NCBI GenBank assembly: GCA_025058595.1
Contig: JANXEK010000005.1
Location: forward strand, 4,685-68,684
Direction of reading: 5' to 3'
From: Candidatus Bathyarchaeota archaeon
GTDB taxonomy: Archaea; Thermoproteota; CALKCG01; B24; DRYS01
DNA: 64,000 nucleotides
A model generated the notes under the pieces. It was not told the origin of the DNA. It was given only the letters and a program-made list of their open reading frames with translations, and searched no databases. The position numbers were made by a program, and so were the translations under genes. This document shows, one piece after another, positions 39,547 through 50,133 of this stretch; within the stretch, counting starts at the first letter, position 1; each line of letters begins with the position of its first letter.

Positions 39547-39984
39547 GTGGTTGGAGTTATGTCTATAGGTAAAGCTCAACAGCAGAGGTTTAGGATATCC
39601 CCATCTGGCAGGGGTGCTATATTTAGGATGAAGAGATGGTTCTATGCTACATTCTACAGCGGTGTCTCTGATAGAGAGGTTAAAGAATCTAATAGGAGGA
39701 TATGGCTCGATCTATCTAGGAAGCTGATCGAAGAGATAAATAAGAGGAGTGCAGCGGATAAACCGACTAGGATAGTTTTGGAATACGAAGTCGATCCGAA
39801 GGGGTTGTTTAAACCTATATCTGCTACGGTAGAAATTCTAGAGCTTAAACCGGTTGAAACGTTCAGAACATATTTTATCGAAGAAACTAAATTGAGAGAA
39901 GTAGAAGAATTAAAAGCTATGCTATCAGAAATTCTTAAGAAAGCTAGAGAGTTAGGGGTAAGTATCGAAGAACTTACTAGATAA
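39547..39984 (+). CDS. Hypothetical protein with C-terminal coiled coil (possible remote ThermoDBP/DUF2258-like fold)
   Basis: Clean ORF with SD GAGGTG; the fold guess rests only on recalled pattern similarity. Confidence 0.6.
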   Translation: MVGVMSIGKAQQQRFRISPSGRGAIFRMKRWFYATFYSGVSDREVKESNRRIWLDLSRKLIEEINKRSAADKPTRIVLEYEVDPKGLFKPISATVEILELKPVETFRTYFIEETKLREVEELKAMLSEILKKARELGVSIEELTR

Positions 39985-40072
39985 CTGAAAGATCTAATCT
40001 AATCAGATGATGCAGATGTAGGTGAAAGGTTAGCTTACGCTATGCAGGATTATGAAGGTTATAGCATAGCTA

Positions 40073-40876
40073 TTAGATAACCTTACGAAGCCACTCTAAC
40101 GTTTTATTTATAACCTCCCTCGTATGTTCCCTCTTCGAGAACGTATGATCCCCACCCCTCACTATGTAGAGCTCATTCCTACTATCTAGATCTCTAACCG
40201 AATCGAAATACCTCCTAACCTCCTCTACAGGTATAACCTGATCCCTATCTCCATGTACTATGAGGATCGGAGCTTTAATCTCCCTCATAACATCGGACGG
40301 AACTATATAATCTACCGTTTCGAAGAATCGTTTCTTCAAATACCAGCCAGGTGATACCTCTACGGCTTCACCTAGATCTAACCTATCGATCTGCTCCCTA
40401 GGCATCCAGGATAGCATCCTCCCCCTCAATGGGCCTAAAGCTGGAGAATATAGTATCGCGAATCTTATCCTAGCATCCATAGATGCTAGGATAGCAGCAA
40501 CCCTTCCACCCATACTCAAACCTAAAACTCCAACCCTAGATCTATCGAGATACCTATACCTCATAAACAGCGATAAAGCTCTCCTGCCATCGCTCACCTC
40601 TCCGGGCAGCGTCATATCCTCGAAATCTCCATCGCTATCCCCCGATCCTCTGAAATCGAACCGGAAGACTATAAACCCGGAATCGCAGAGGCTTCTAGCT
40701 ACATGAACGAAAAGCCTATGTGCTTCGATTTTATTCCCTGTGAATCCGTGGAACATAACTATCCCGGGAGCTTTCCCCCTATAGGCTATATCGTCAGGTA
40801 CGTGTAGAATGCCGACTAAGCATTGCCTCTCGTTCCTGAATACTATAGGTTTAATCAACTTCAACACCGGTAGCAT
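40073..40876 (-). CDS. Alpha/beta hydrolase (S9-like)
   Basis: HGFTG, RFDFRGSGDSDG, GLSMGG nucleophile elbow, HGDRD, GGDH. Confidence 0.9.
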   Translation of the reverse strand: MLPVLKLIKPIVFRNERQCLVGILHVPDDIAYRGKAPGIVMFHGFTGNKIEAHRLFVHVARSLCDSGFIVFRFDFRGSGDSDGDFEDMTLPGEVSDGRRALSLFMRYRYLDRSRVGVLGLSMGGRVAAILASMDARIRFAILYSPALGPLRGRMLSWMPREQIDRLDLGEAVEVSPGWYLKKRFFETVDYIVPSDVMREIKAPILIVHGDRDQVIPVEEVRRYFDSVRDLDSRNELYIVRGGDHTFSKREHTREVINKTLEWLRKVI

Positions 40877-41089
40877 TATATCGGGTCGACTAGAGTATTT
40901 AAACCCAGATCGTGGAATAGGTAAGTAAACCTCACTATCGAATCTACATTCAAGCTTAATTATCCCGAGAAACTAGATACCTAAAAATATAATGTAACCA
41001 TACATCATCGTAGATCGACTTAATAGGCTACCTAGCGAGCTGGCTGAAGCCCGATATTTTAGGTAGACCTCTAAGCAGTATTTGAAGCA

Positions 41090-41560
41090 GAGTACTCGAA
41101 AACGGAAGAGAAATATATCGCTTTGATGAGGATCCTTACAGCGATCCTCATCACGGTTTAGCAGCCCTCCCAGTCTGCTATCTTTCGATCATGAATGAAC
41201 ACTCCAGCTTACTAGGCTACGAGAATAACACAAATACTTCAAGAGCCGTATCAGTCTTACGAAACCTAGCCCTAACTTTCATGAAAGAAGTGTATGAGAC
41301 GTTAACCCATGCAGTTTTCGAAGACGACATCTATATTGGATAGGTTACTATGAAGCTTCTTGATGACTTGAAGGGCTATAGCTTGACAGTGTTGAGAGCC
41401 CATAGTGCAGCCGATACTATATACAGTTCCTATACTTTTTTCAGCGTTGAAGCCTATAGCTCGGATCGGTAACTTAATACAGAGCTCTACGGTACATATG
41501 GAGAGGCTTATATCTTCGATATGAGCAAAAGATTTGATAACAATATTCTCGGATGATAAT
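41090..41560 (+). pseudogene. Probable decayed gene of unknown function
   Basis: One + frame reads about 150 codons (VLENGREIYRFDEDPY...EAYIFDMSKRFDNNILG) with only two internal stops; no recognisable family. Confidence 0.35.
41124..41153. repeat. Perfect 11-bp inverted repeat with 8-bp spacer
   Basis: TGATGAGGATC-CTTACAGC-GATCCTCATCA. Confidence 0.85.
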
Positions 41561-42133
41561 ATTGCTGATGAGAAGGATAGAAGCATATTATTGGGGATAG
41601 TAATGATAAGTGTTATCATGCGTAAGTTGTCGAATCTATATTGTCAAAGCGAAAGTGGATAATTAAAATCTGAGCGAATATACACTCATCCGAGTACTAA
41701 TTCATAAAAGTTAAGTCTCTAAGCTCAGACCCCTAGCTATATTCATCATATTTTTAACGTTAATTTGTGGAGAGGCTTAAACCCATTTTGATACAAGTTT
41801 CCAATTAATAATTTCCGGGTTTAAATCTCTTCCTTTTAATTTTTCGGGGTAATGTGAGGGATGAGATCTACGACCTTTAGGTGATGCTCTCGTATAAACC
41901 TATTAATATTTATCTTAAGCGTCTTCTCAAGTTTAAGATGGATCGCCTTCTCATAAGATCGTTAAGGTGAAAGCTAGCATAACCTTACAATTCAATCATA
42001 AGCCGTGAAATGATGTAAATGTATAAAATATAGAAATAATTATTCGGATACGCCACGCAGAAACGCTAAAACTTAAAAGAAAGGATAGGTGGTTAGGTTA
42101 CGTTGAGGTTGCGGAAAATAAAGAGGGAGAGCG

Positions 42134-45130
42134 ATGAAAAATTACTATCAACGCACGGAGCAGATAACCCTCAAGGAAAATTTAGAACGGGCTCTACCAA
42201 GCGCATCTGAAGCTCTTATTCTCTCAATCGATGCTCTCCTAAGTCGCTTAGGCTCCTCTCCATCCGGGCTCTCCTCCGAAGAGGCTGAGAGACGCCTAAA
42301 GATTTTTGGCTATAATGAAGTTGCTAGGAGGAAAAAGAGAGCTCTCATAATCGAGTTTTTGTATCATTTTAGAAATCCGCTGGTAATTATATTATTGATC
42401 GCCGGCTTAATCTCATCTCTTCTAGGTGAGAGCGAGAGCGCCATAATAGTGTTTTCGATAGTAGTGATGAGCACGCTCCTAGACTTCTACCAGGAGCATA
42501 AGGCTGAAAAGGCTGCCGAGATGCTTAGGGAGAGAGTAGCCATTACAGCCACCGTGCTTAGGGATGGGGTTAAACGCGAGGTGAAAATCACTGAGATTGT
42601 TCCGGGAGACATTATACTTTTATCGGCTGGAGACATCGTGCCAGCCGATGCTAGGGTGATAAGCGCGAAGGATTTATTTGTTGATCAATCGGTGTTAACT
42701 GGTGAGTCTTTCCCAGTCGAGAAGACACCATCACCTCTCAAATCTAGCAACGTTCCGGTTACCGAGTGGAGTAACTATCTTTTCATGGGTACATCTATTG
42801 TAAGCGGGTCAGCAACAGCCTTAGTGATTAGAACTGGAAGTCGGACGGAGTATGGGCGGATCGCTGGTGTGCTCACCGCTAGGGGTCCTGAAACAGAATT
42901 TCAGAGAGGTATCCGAAGATTTGGCTATATGATCATGGAGACGACATTCCTGCTCGTCCTATTCGTGTTCTTCATAAATGCGCTTTATAAGCGGGACGTC
43001 CTCGAATCACTCCTCTTCGCCATCTCACTAGCTGTAGGCTTAACTCCAGAACTGCTACCGATGATATTTTCGATAAATCTGTCTAGGGGCGCCGTAGATA
43101 TGGCTAAAAAGAAAGTCATAGTTAAGCGTTTAGCATCGATACAAAACCTTGGAAGCATGGACGTTTTATGTACAGATAAAACCGGGACGTTAACAGAGAA
43201 CAAGATAAAACTGATCATCCATATAGACGTTAATGGAAGGGAGAGCGAGAAAGTACTGTTGTACTCTTACCTCAATAGTTTTTATCAGACCGGATTAAGA
43301 AGCCCTCTTGACGAGGCCATATTAGCGTATAAGAGTATAGATATCAAAGGTTACGGGAAAATTGATGAAATACCGTTCGATTTTGTGCGTAAGCGTCTCT
43401 CCATAATTGTTGAACACGAAAATCAACGTTACATGATTACTAAGGGTGCGCCTGAAGAAATCTTAAAAGTTTGCTCCTTCTACGAGCTGGATGATCTTGC
43501 ATCTGATTTAACCGAGGAAGTCCGTAAAAGGATCGAACAGAAATATCTTGAGCTGAGCGCTGAGGGTTATAGGGTTTTAGGCGTAGCATATAAGCGATTG
43601 AAAGAATATAAGCCCATATACTCTGTTGGCGACGAGAATAACATGGTTTTCCTTGGCTTCATAGGCTTCCTTGACCCGCCTAAGGAGACTGCGAGGGAGG
43701 TAATAAGGCTTCTAAAGGAGGCTGGCATCGAATTAAAGATACTCACCGGCGATAATGAGCTTGTCACTAGAAAGGTATGTGAGTATCTCGGCTTTGAAAT
43801 TAAGGGGATTCTCCTCGGAAATGAGATTGAGCATATGCATGATGATGCCCTAGCGAGGGCTGTTGAGGAAGTGAATATCTTCTGCCGTGTAACACCAGCC
43901 CAAAAGAATAGGATAATAAATGCTTTGAAGGCTAATGGGCATGTGGTAGGCTTCCTCGGAGATGGAATAAACGATGCGCCATCATTAAAGAACGCTGATG
44001 TCGGCATATCCGTAAATAACGCGGTTGATGTCGCGAAGGAAGCTGCAGACATAATACTCCTGGAGAACGATTTAACTATCCTCCATGAGGGTGTTCTGGA
44101 GGGGAGGAAAACCTTCGGCAACACTATGAAGTATATTATGATGGCCGTTAGCTCGAACTTCGGCAACATGTTCAGTGTAGCTGGCGGATCGCTATTCTTA
44201 CCGTTTCTACCGATGCTTCCAACACAAATACTGCTAAACAACCTACTATACGATTTAACCCAGACAGCTATACCATTGGATATGGTTGATCAAGAATATT
44301 TGGAGAAGCCTAAAAGATGGGATTTATTCTTTATCAGCAGGTTTATGATAGTTTTTGGGCCGATAAGCTCGATCTTCGACTTCCTAACATACTTCATAAT
44401 GCTCCTAGCCTTTAAGGCTGCGGAATCACTATTCCAGACAGCATGGTTCCTAGAATCCCTGCTGACCCAGACACTAGTGGTTTTCGCCATAAGGACGAAG
44501 AGGTCTCCATTCTATAGGAGTAAGCCTAGCAAAACTTTAATCTTCACGAGTGTATCCGTAGTGATCTTCACCCTAGTGCTACCATATACGTGGTTGGGGA
44601 CAATCTTTAGTTTTGTTCAACCCCAAGTTGAATTCTATCCTACGCTAGCCGCTATAATAGGCGCATACCTAACATTGGTTGAAGCCGCCAAAAGATGGTT
44701 TTATAGGAGGTATGGATACCGCCTAGAGCAGATATTAATACCGTATAGGAAGGTCGGCCTATACTTAAGCAGAACAGCTAAAGCTGTTCAAAACGTTATA
44801 GCCATGATTTACCTAAGGGCTGAAGACGAGATCCCCATAAGCTCTTTAGTTGGCGACTTAGAGCAGGCTGCAGCTTATCCAACTAGCCTCGAGGAAATAT
44901 ATCACAGTATACAGTACCTGCGTAGGGCGGGGCTAATCTCCGTTAACTGGCGTGAAGGGAAAATTTGGCGTGAGAAGGCTATGAAGGATTATGTTGAGAA
45001 ATATATATTCAACGAGCTCTGGCCCAGGGTCTCAGAGAACTGGCGGATCATAGGTCTATTCATACAAGCGAGATACGGAAAAATAAACCAGGAATATACC
45101 GTTCTCTTATCTAAAGCACAGAAAACATAA
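42134..45130 (+). CDS. mgtA: Mg2+-translocating P-type ATPase (P3B) with C-terminal extension
   Basis: TGES, AVGLTPELLPMI, IQNLGSMDVLCTDKTGTLT, KIDEIPFDF.RKR, GDGINDAP, SSNFGNMFS, FQTAWFLES. Confidence 0.93.
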   Translation: MKNYYQRTEQITLKENLERALPSASEALILSIDALLSRLGSSPSGLSSEEAERRLKIFGYNEVARRKKRALIIEFLYHFRNPLVIILLIAGLISSLLGESESAIIVFSIVVMSTLLDFYQEHKAEKAAEMLRERVAITATVLRDGVKREVKITEIVPGDIILLSAGDIVPADARVISAKDLFVDQSVLTGESFPVEKTPSPLKSSNVPVTEWSNYLFMGTSIVSGSATALVIRTGSRTEYGRIAGVLTARGPETEFQRGIRRFGYMIMETTFLLVLFVFFINALYKRDVLESLLFAISLAVGLTPELLPMIFSINLSRGAVDMAKKKVIVKRLASIQNLGSMDVLCTDKTGTLTENKIKLIIHIDVNGRESEKVLLYSYLNSFYQTGLRSPLDEAILAYKSIDIKGYGKIDEIPFDFVRKRLSIIVEHENQRYMITKGAPEEILKVCSFYELDDLASDLTEEVRKRIEQKYLELSAEGYRVLGVAYKRLKEYKPIYSVGDENNMVFLGFIGFLDPPKETAREVIRLLKEAGIELKILTGDNELVTRKVCEYLGFEIKGILLGNEIEHMHDDALARAVEEVNIFCRVTPAQKNRIINALKANGHVVGFLGDGINDAPSLKNADVGISVNNAVDVAKEAADIILLENDLTILHEGVLEGRKTFGNTMKYIMMAVSSNFGNMFSVAGGSLFLPFLPMLPTQILLNNLLYDLTQTAIPLDMVDQEYLEKPKRWDLFFISRFMIVFGPISSIFDFLTYFIMLLAFKAAESLFQTAWFLESLLTQTLVVFAIRTKRSPFYRSKPSKTLIFTSVSVVIFTLVLPYTWLGTIFSFVQPQVEFYPTLAAIIGAYLTLVEAAKRWFYRRYGYRLEQILIPYRKVGLYLSRTAKAVQNVIAMIYLRAEDEIPISSLVGDLEQAAAYPTSLEEIYHSIQYLRRAGLISVNWREGKIWREKAMKDYVEKYIFNELWPRVSENWRIIGLFIQARYGKINQEYTVLLSKAQKT

Positions 45131-45643
45131 GAGATTCTTCGATTATTATGAAATCAGTTAACTAAAGCAATATCTTTAATCGCGCATGCTCCTATTAATT
45201 CATTGCCCTTATTTAGAATACTGCATGCTTATGGTTAATCTTTGACGTAATACCCGCCCGGCGATAACTAACCGAATACTATTAACGCCGTTATTGATGT
45301 TGTTAGCTAGTCTAAACTCATGTTCAACTTAATTCTGTTGACTACTTTCTCTAGCGTTCTAAGGTTATCCAGTATAATTTCATGTTCAGCCTTAAATATG
45401 TTTATTGGACGGGTCTCCTCCAAAATATGCTCCCCCTTTTAAGGATGATGACTCTCAAACATATATCGCAAAGTCTCCTGATCTCCTCTGGACTAAAGCC
45501 CTCTTCAATAAGCTCCCTATCGAATCTTCTTATGCCCTTAAGGAATAGCATAGCCCTATAACGTCTCAACTCCTTATCCAAGCTCTCAACAAGCTCCATT
45601 AGAAACCTAATCCTTCTCACGTAGTCGCTTAATTCTCCTTTGA

Positions 45644-45728
45644 TGCGGGGGGTGGGATTCGAACCCACGAAGGCCTACGCCACAGGGTTCTGAGCCCTGC
45701 GCCTTAGACCAGGCTTGGCTACCCCCGC
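45644..45728 (-). tRNA. tRNA-Leu(CAG)
   Basis: GCGGGGGTAGCCAAGCCTGGTCTAAGGCG-CAGGG-CTCAGAA-CCCTG-TGGCGTAGGCCTTCGTGGGTTCGAATCCCACCCCCCGCA. Confidence 0.96.
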
Positions 45729-45982
45729 TCTTAAACTCGTAATTATACCATGCGTCATATCGTTTAAACTTTTGGATAAGAATTTCGCTAGTAAGATCAT
45801 GGTTATGGATCAAAGCATTTACAAGCTGCTATAGGCGTTTGAAGCTTAGATCCGACATCATCTATATTGGTATACCCTTCCTCTATTGTTTAAACCATAA
45901 TTCCAGATAACTCTTCTAATCGGTTCGCTCACGATTCTAGGTATCAACACCTCATTTCTACGACTCATAACAGTAAATGCTA

Positions 45983-47065
45983 CTAGTATAATATGGATTC
46001 GAGTCTATTCTTTCTAATGGCTTCCCTTATCTCTCTAGCCATCCTTCTCCCGGTGGACATAGGTTCATCGTAATAGAAGGCTGAGTATGGCGACCCGTAT
46101 ATGTATAGGTTTGTTCCCGCTACTATCCTCGCAGATACTTCGAATACTGTGAAGCCTCTCTTCGGGTTGTATATCGTCTCTATGCAGAATGGACCTATAA
46201 GACCTGGGTAGAACAGCTTCCTAGAGGTTGAAGCTAATCTAGCCGCTATCTCTAGTAAATCTACTAGAAGCTTCTCTCTTAGGACTACCGGTTGGTTGCC
46301 TGTAACAGTGAAATCCATGTATTCCTCGATAACGTCGGGCCAACCTCTATGCATCTCATCTATAACCTCTAACCGGCGATCTATACCTAGAAGCTCTAGC
46401 CTCCCGTAGTCAACCCCAGATACGTTAGGTTTCTCTAACAGGCTTAGGAAGAAGTGCGGATAGTATCGAACCCCGACTATATACTCCTCTATCACGTATC
46501 CCTCTGTATATCCTAGCTTCTGAAGCTTAGATCCAAGATCGAATCTATCCGAAGCTGTAAAGTATCTAGATCCACCTTTAGCTCCATGGAACTTAACTAT
46601 AACCCTACGATCCACCTCGGATGGTGAACTGTAGATTCTAGGTGTAGGTATACCTGCTTTTTCGAGCCACTCCCTCTGCCTCCTACGATCACCTTCCCAT
46701 AGTAGTGTCAACCTATTACCGAACATAGGTACAAGAAAATGCTCGAGTATATTCTCAGCTCCGATATACTCTACGAATGAGCCGTGCGGTATGATTATAG
46801 CATTTTCGCATCTAAGCTTCTCCTGAACATCTCTACGAAGGATCTCATCGTAGCTACCGACCTCTATGAATATATCTGGTCTAGCTAGAGGGAAGCTCTC
46901 ATAGTATGGGCGGCTTCTAGCCGTAGCTATACCTATAGTAGTGAAACTCTCCATCCTAGCTCCATGGAATATCTGGAGGGCTGAATGGCTGCATACAGTC
47001 GCAATCTTAAGATTATTCTCATCGTACCTAGATAGTATAGCCGAGATATCTTCCCTAGATATCAA
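45983..47065 (-). CDS. purP: FAICAR synthetase PurP (ATP-grasp)
   Basis: ATVCSHSALQI, IPHGSFVEY, PMFGNR, GAKGG, VTGNQPVVLRE, FEVSARIVAGTN, MSTGRR. Confidence 0.9.
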   Translation of the reverse strand: MISREDISAILSRYDENNLKIATVCSHSALQIFHGARMESFTTIGIATARSRPYYESFPLARPDIFIEVGSYDEILRRDVQEKLRCENAIIIPHGSFVEYIGAENILEHFLVPMFGNRLTLLWEGDRRRQREWLEKAGIPTPRIYSSPSEVDRRVIVKFHGAKGGSRYFTASDRFDLGSKLQKLGYTEGYVIEEYIVGVRYYPHFFLSLLEKPNVSGVDYGRLELLGIDRRLEVIDEMHRGWPDVIEEYMDFTVTGNQPVVLREKLLVDLLEIAARLASTSRKLFYPGLIGPFCIETIYNPKRGFTVFEVSARIVAGTNLYIYGSPYSAFYYDEPMSTGRRMAREIREAIRKNRLESILY

Positions 47066-48213
47066 GTTAGTGTATCACCCACTCTACCCTGCTTCACAGC
47101 TTCTCTAACCTCTAAAGCTAACCTCCTACCTACACTCATAGAGAAACCCCATAGATCCTCGGTATACGGTGTATACTTTACCCCAGGTGATCCAGGTACT
47201 CTAACGCTTACATCGTAGACGATTATATCCTCCCTCGGAGGTCCAGGTACAACTACGCTTTGAAGAGCAAACGGACCTATAACCCCTGGAGGATACTCCT
47301 TCTTCGTTATGTCCACGAACTTCTCTGCAAGCTCAAATGCTCTCTCCAACAGGGATTCTCTAACCGTACAGGCAATGTGGCCGACCTCTATATTCTTAAC
47401 CTCGATATATCTGAGTATCTCGATCTGCTCGGGTGCAGGTATCCTGATCACGCCATCCAGATTACTCTGTCTACGCATATCTACGCCTATAAGCTCAACC
47501 TCACCGGTTAAAGGGGAGTAGAAGAAGTTGAAGTTAAAGTATGCTCCTATTACGAACTCCTCTATCCTAGCTTTACGGAGACTCTCCTCTGTCACTAATC
47601 CGCTCCTCAATAATTTCGACGTCTTCTCCTCGTAGTCTCTAGGGGATGATGCTAAGAAGAAAGCTCTCTCAAACCCTCTGAAAGCTTCAGATGCTTTAAC
47701 TATGACGAGCCTATCTATCTCGGATGGATCCTTGAATACTTTAGGTGTGGGTATACCTGCTTTCTCGAGTAGGTAATACTGCCCACGTTCTACATCTCTT
47801 TCCTCAACCTTAAGCAAGAATCTGTTACCGAATATAGGTACGTAGAACTCCTCCTCCAACGACTTGTAGCCTACGTAGACGCAGAGAGATCTATGAGGTA
47901 TGAATATCGTATTTCTACGTCTCAGCTCCTCCTGTACGCTATGCGAAACTATATCTCTAAACCTATCTAGGACTATGAAGTCATCTACGATACCGATATC
48001 GTAGCCATAGATCCTCCTAGATCTGAAGTATTTTGTGTAAGTCTTCTCCCTACCTTTCTCGCATACGACTATAGTCTTAAACCCTTCATCCTTTGCTCCA
48101 CGACATATCTCTAAAGCTGAATGGCTTCCAAGAACACCTATACAGAGATTCCCGGTATCGTATCGTTCGACTATACGATCTATCTCCTCCCTCGATATCA
48201 TACCCTTCGGCAT
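47062..48213 (-). CDS. purP: PurP-like paralogue (ATP-grasp)
   Basis: GSHSALEIC.GAKDEGF, IPHRS, FGNR, ERAFF, D.RRQSNLDG, TVRESLL, GPFALQ, RVPGSPG. Confidence 0.85.
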   Translation of the reverse strand: MPKGMISREEIDRIVERYDTGNLCIGVLGSHSALEICRGAKDEGFKTIVVCEKGREKTYTKYFRSRRIYGYDIGIVDDFIVLDRFRDIVSHSVQEELRRRNTIFIPHRSLCVYVGYKSLEEEFYVPIFGNRFLLKVEERDVERGQYYLLEKAGIPTPKVFKDPSEIDRLVIVKASEAFRGFERAFFLASSPRDYEEKTSKLLRSGLVTEESLRKARIEEFVIGAYFNFNFFYSPLTGEVELIGVDMRRQSNLDGVIRIPAPEQIEILRYIEVKNIEVGHIACTVRESLLERAFELAEKFVDITKKEYPPGVIGPFALQSVVVPGPPREDIIVYDVSVRVPGSPGVKYTPYTEDLWGFSMSVGRRLALEVREAVKQGRVGDTLT

Positions 48214-48290
48214 CTTCTATCCGATAACTGCCAGATATAAGGGTTAGGATAGGCGTACGCTACAGCTTAAAGGGCAGGTTAGTAGGCTTC

Positions 48291-48764
48291 CTACTTAACT
48301 ACGAGAACCGGGCATCTCGCCCTCTTAACTATAGCTTCAGCTATATGGCCTAAGCCTGGTATCGATGTAGGTTTATCCATACCGCCTACTACAAGCAGAT
48401 CGTAGCCTTTCTCAGCTTCTCTAAGTATCTCCTCCTCAGGCCTCCCCTTCTTAACTACGAAATCTACAGATACACCGTAGGCTTCTGCCTCGGCTAGAGC
48501 CTCTTCCATAACCTCATGTATCCTTCTAAGCTCCTTTCTACCTATAGATTCATGGGGTATAGAGCTTATGATAACGGGTGTACCTACGCCTACCGTGATA
48601 TCGTGGTGGATCCTAAACGGCTTTACTATAGGAACATCTGTAACGTAGAGTAGATGTATCTCGGAAGGTTCGCTAAGCTTCTTAACGATCTCTAAGGTTA
48701 ACCTATAAGCTTTCAAGCTTGTAGTAGAACCATCGAACGCTACTAGTATCTTCAATCGAACCAC
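48291..48764 (-). CDS. Universal stress protein (UspA family)
   Basis: KILVAFDGS, G.PEEEIL, DLLVVG, LG..AE.IV..A.CPVLVVK. Confidence 0.9.
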   Translation of the reverse strand: MVRLKILVAFDGSTTSLKAYRLTLEIVKKLSEPSEIHLLYVTDVPIVKPFRIHHDITVGVGTPVIISSIPHESIGRKELRRIHEVMEEALAEAEAYGVSVDFVVKKGRPEEEILREAEKGYDLLVVGGMDKPTSIPGLGHIAEAIVKRARCPVLVVK

Positions 48765-48850
48765 ATCCCTCTAGATATTCTATGGAGGTAGCGGGATTTA
48801 AAACTTCGAATAAACCTAATACTGGTATAGGTAGGGAGGGGCTAGGAGGA

Positions 48851-50104
48851 TTAAACTCTTCTACCTATAGTTTTCCACACCATTATGGCTGTAGCTACTC
48901 TACCTGCTATCGATATGAGGTATACGATCCTGGTAGCCCATATCAACCCCATACATCCTTCTACGACGCTAGCGATATACCCTCCTACGAGAGAGCCTAC
49001 AGTAGTCGTTATACCTACCGATAAATTATATACGGCTATCCTCTCCCCGCGTTCAAGCTCGTTTACTATCCCTAACAGATAGGCGGTATATGCTGTTTCA
49101 CCCATAGCAGATATTAAACCTAACGCTATGTTATTCGCTACAAGTATCGGTAGCCGACCCGTAATCTCTGCGAGTAAATAGGATGTGGGAACTATGATAA
49201 GCGTTAAACGGTAGATCGTAATAACACGTTCACACCCATACCTACCTATAACTCTATCTACATATCTCTGGATCGAAAGCGAAGCTAACCCTTGAGATAT
49301 GCTGAGTATAGTTAGTGTAGCAGGTGGAAGCCTTAATATACTTTGTAAGGTTATAGGGAATATAGGCCAAGCTATCGATAACGCAAACGATGCTATAGCA
49401 TTCACTCTACAAAACTCGTAGAATACCCTATCCTGCTTCAACGATTTTAGATCGTATAGGCTGAATAGAGGTTTCTTAGCCCTAACCCTAGCTCTCTCTC
49501 CTTCCCTAACGTACAGGATTATCAGGCTCGATATTATACCTATAGAACCTGCGATGAGAAGCGGTACCTTATAAACCTCCCTTCCAGATCCTCCGGCTAT
49601 TGATGATATCCATCCAGATATCGCTGCAGCTACGATCGAACCTGAGAGGCTCCAAAGTCTTATATACGCTACCACCCTAGCTCTATCGGTCGACGTAGTG
49701 TTATCACCTATAAGTGCAGTCCACACCGGTGTGACAGCTGATACAGCTAGAGTCTGGATCATTATCAAGAGTAGGTATACCATTACGCTATCGGTGTAGG
49801 CTATTAGTATCCATGTCAAAGCTCCGATGATGCCTCCGAAGAATATTATCGGCACTCTTCTACCGATGTTATCGCTAAGTCTACCCCAAAAGGTTTGAAG
49901 GATAGATTGTGTAAAGTTCGTCGTAGATCTTATTAACCCCATATCGCTCGGGCTAGCACCTAGAAGTATAGGGTATACGCTTATGAACGGCGCAACCATG
50001 CCATCCCCTAGTGATGATAGTACAGATTTCACGAATAGAAGTCTCAAATTCCTATGCGTATAGTTCCGGTCTTCCTCCACCATCGACTTCAACGATCTAG
50101 TCAT
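48851..50104 (-). CDS. MFS transporter
   Basis: About 12 TM segments; WGRLSDNIGRR motif A. Confidence 0.88.
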   Translation of the reverse strand: MTRSLKSMVEEDRNYTHRNLRLLFVKSVLSSLGDGMVAPFISVYPILLGASPSDMGLIRSTTNFTQSILQTFWGRLSDNIGRRVPIIFFGGIIGALTWILIAYTDSVMVYLLLIMIQTLAVSAVTPVWTALIGDNTTSTDRARVVAYIRLWSLSGSIVAAAISGWISSIAGGSGREVYKVPLLIAGSIGIISSLIILYVREGERARVRAKKPLFSLYDLKSLKQDRVFYEFCRVNAIASFALSIAWPIFPITLQSILRLPPATLTILSISQGLASLSIQRYVDRVIGRYGCERVITIYRLTLIIVPTSYLLAEITGRLPILVANNIALGLISAMGETAYTAYLLGIVNELERGERIAVYNLSVGITTTVGSLVGGYIASVVEGCMGLIWATRIVYLISIAGRVATAIMVWKTIGRRV

Positions 50105-50133
50105 GACACCTAAAAATAAGCATTCTATCTAGA

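Noticed and set aside
40005-40060. C/D-box sRNA candidate
   Set aside because: Only degenerate C-box (ATGATGC) and no CTGA D box at a suitable distance.
41302-41619. 105-aa minus ORF with ITIPN as an MscS remnant
   Set aside because: Motif order does not fit MscS, and the opposite strand has a longer protein-like frame.
45402-45668. ORF starting inside tRNA-Leu as a split SSV-type integrase fragment
   Set aside because: The N-terminus is just translated tRNA and no integrase motifs follow; at most a small hypothetical protein.
45983-48213. Tandem purP paralogues as a novelty
   Set aside because: Paired PurP-family genes are already known in archaea.
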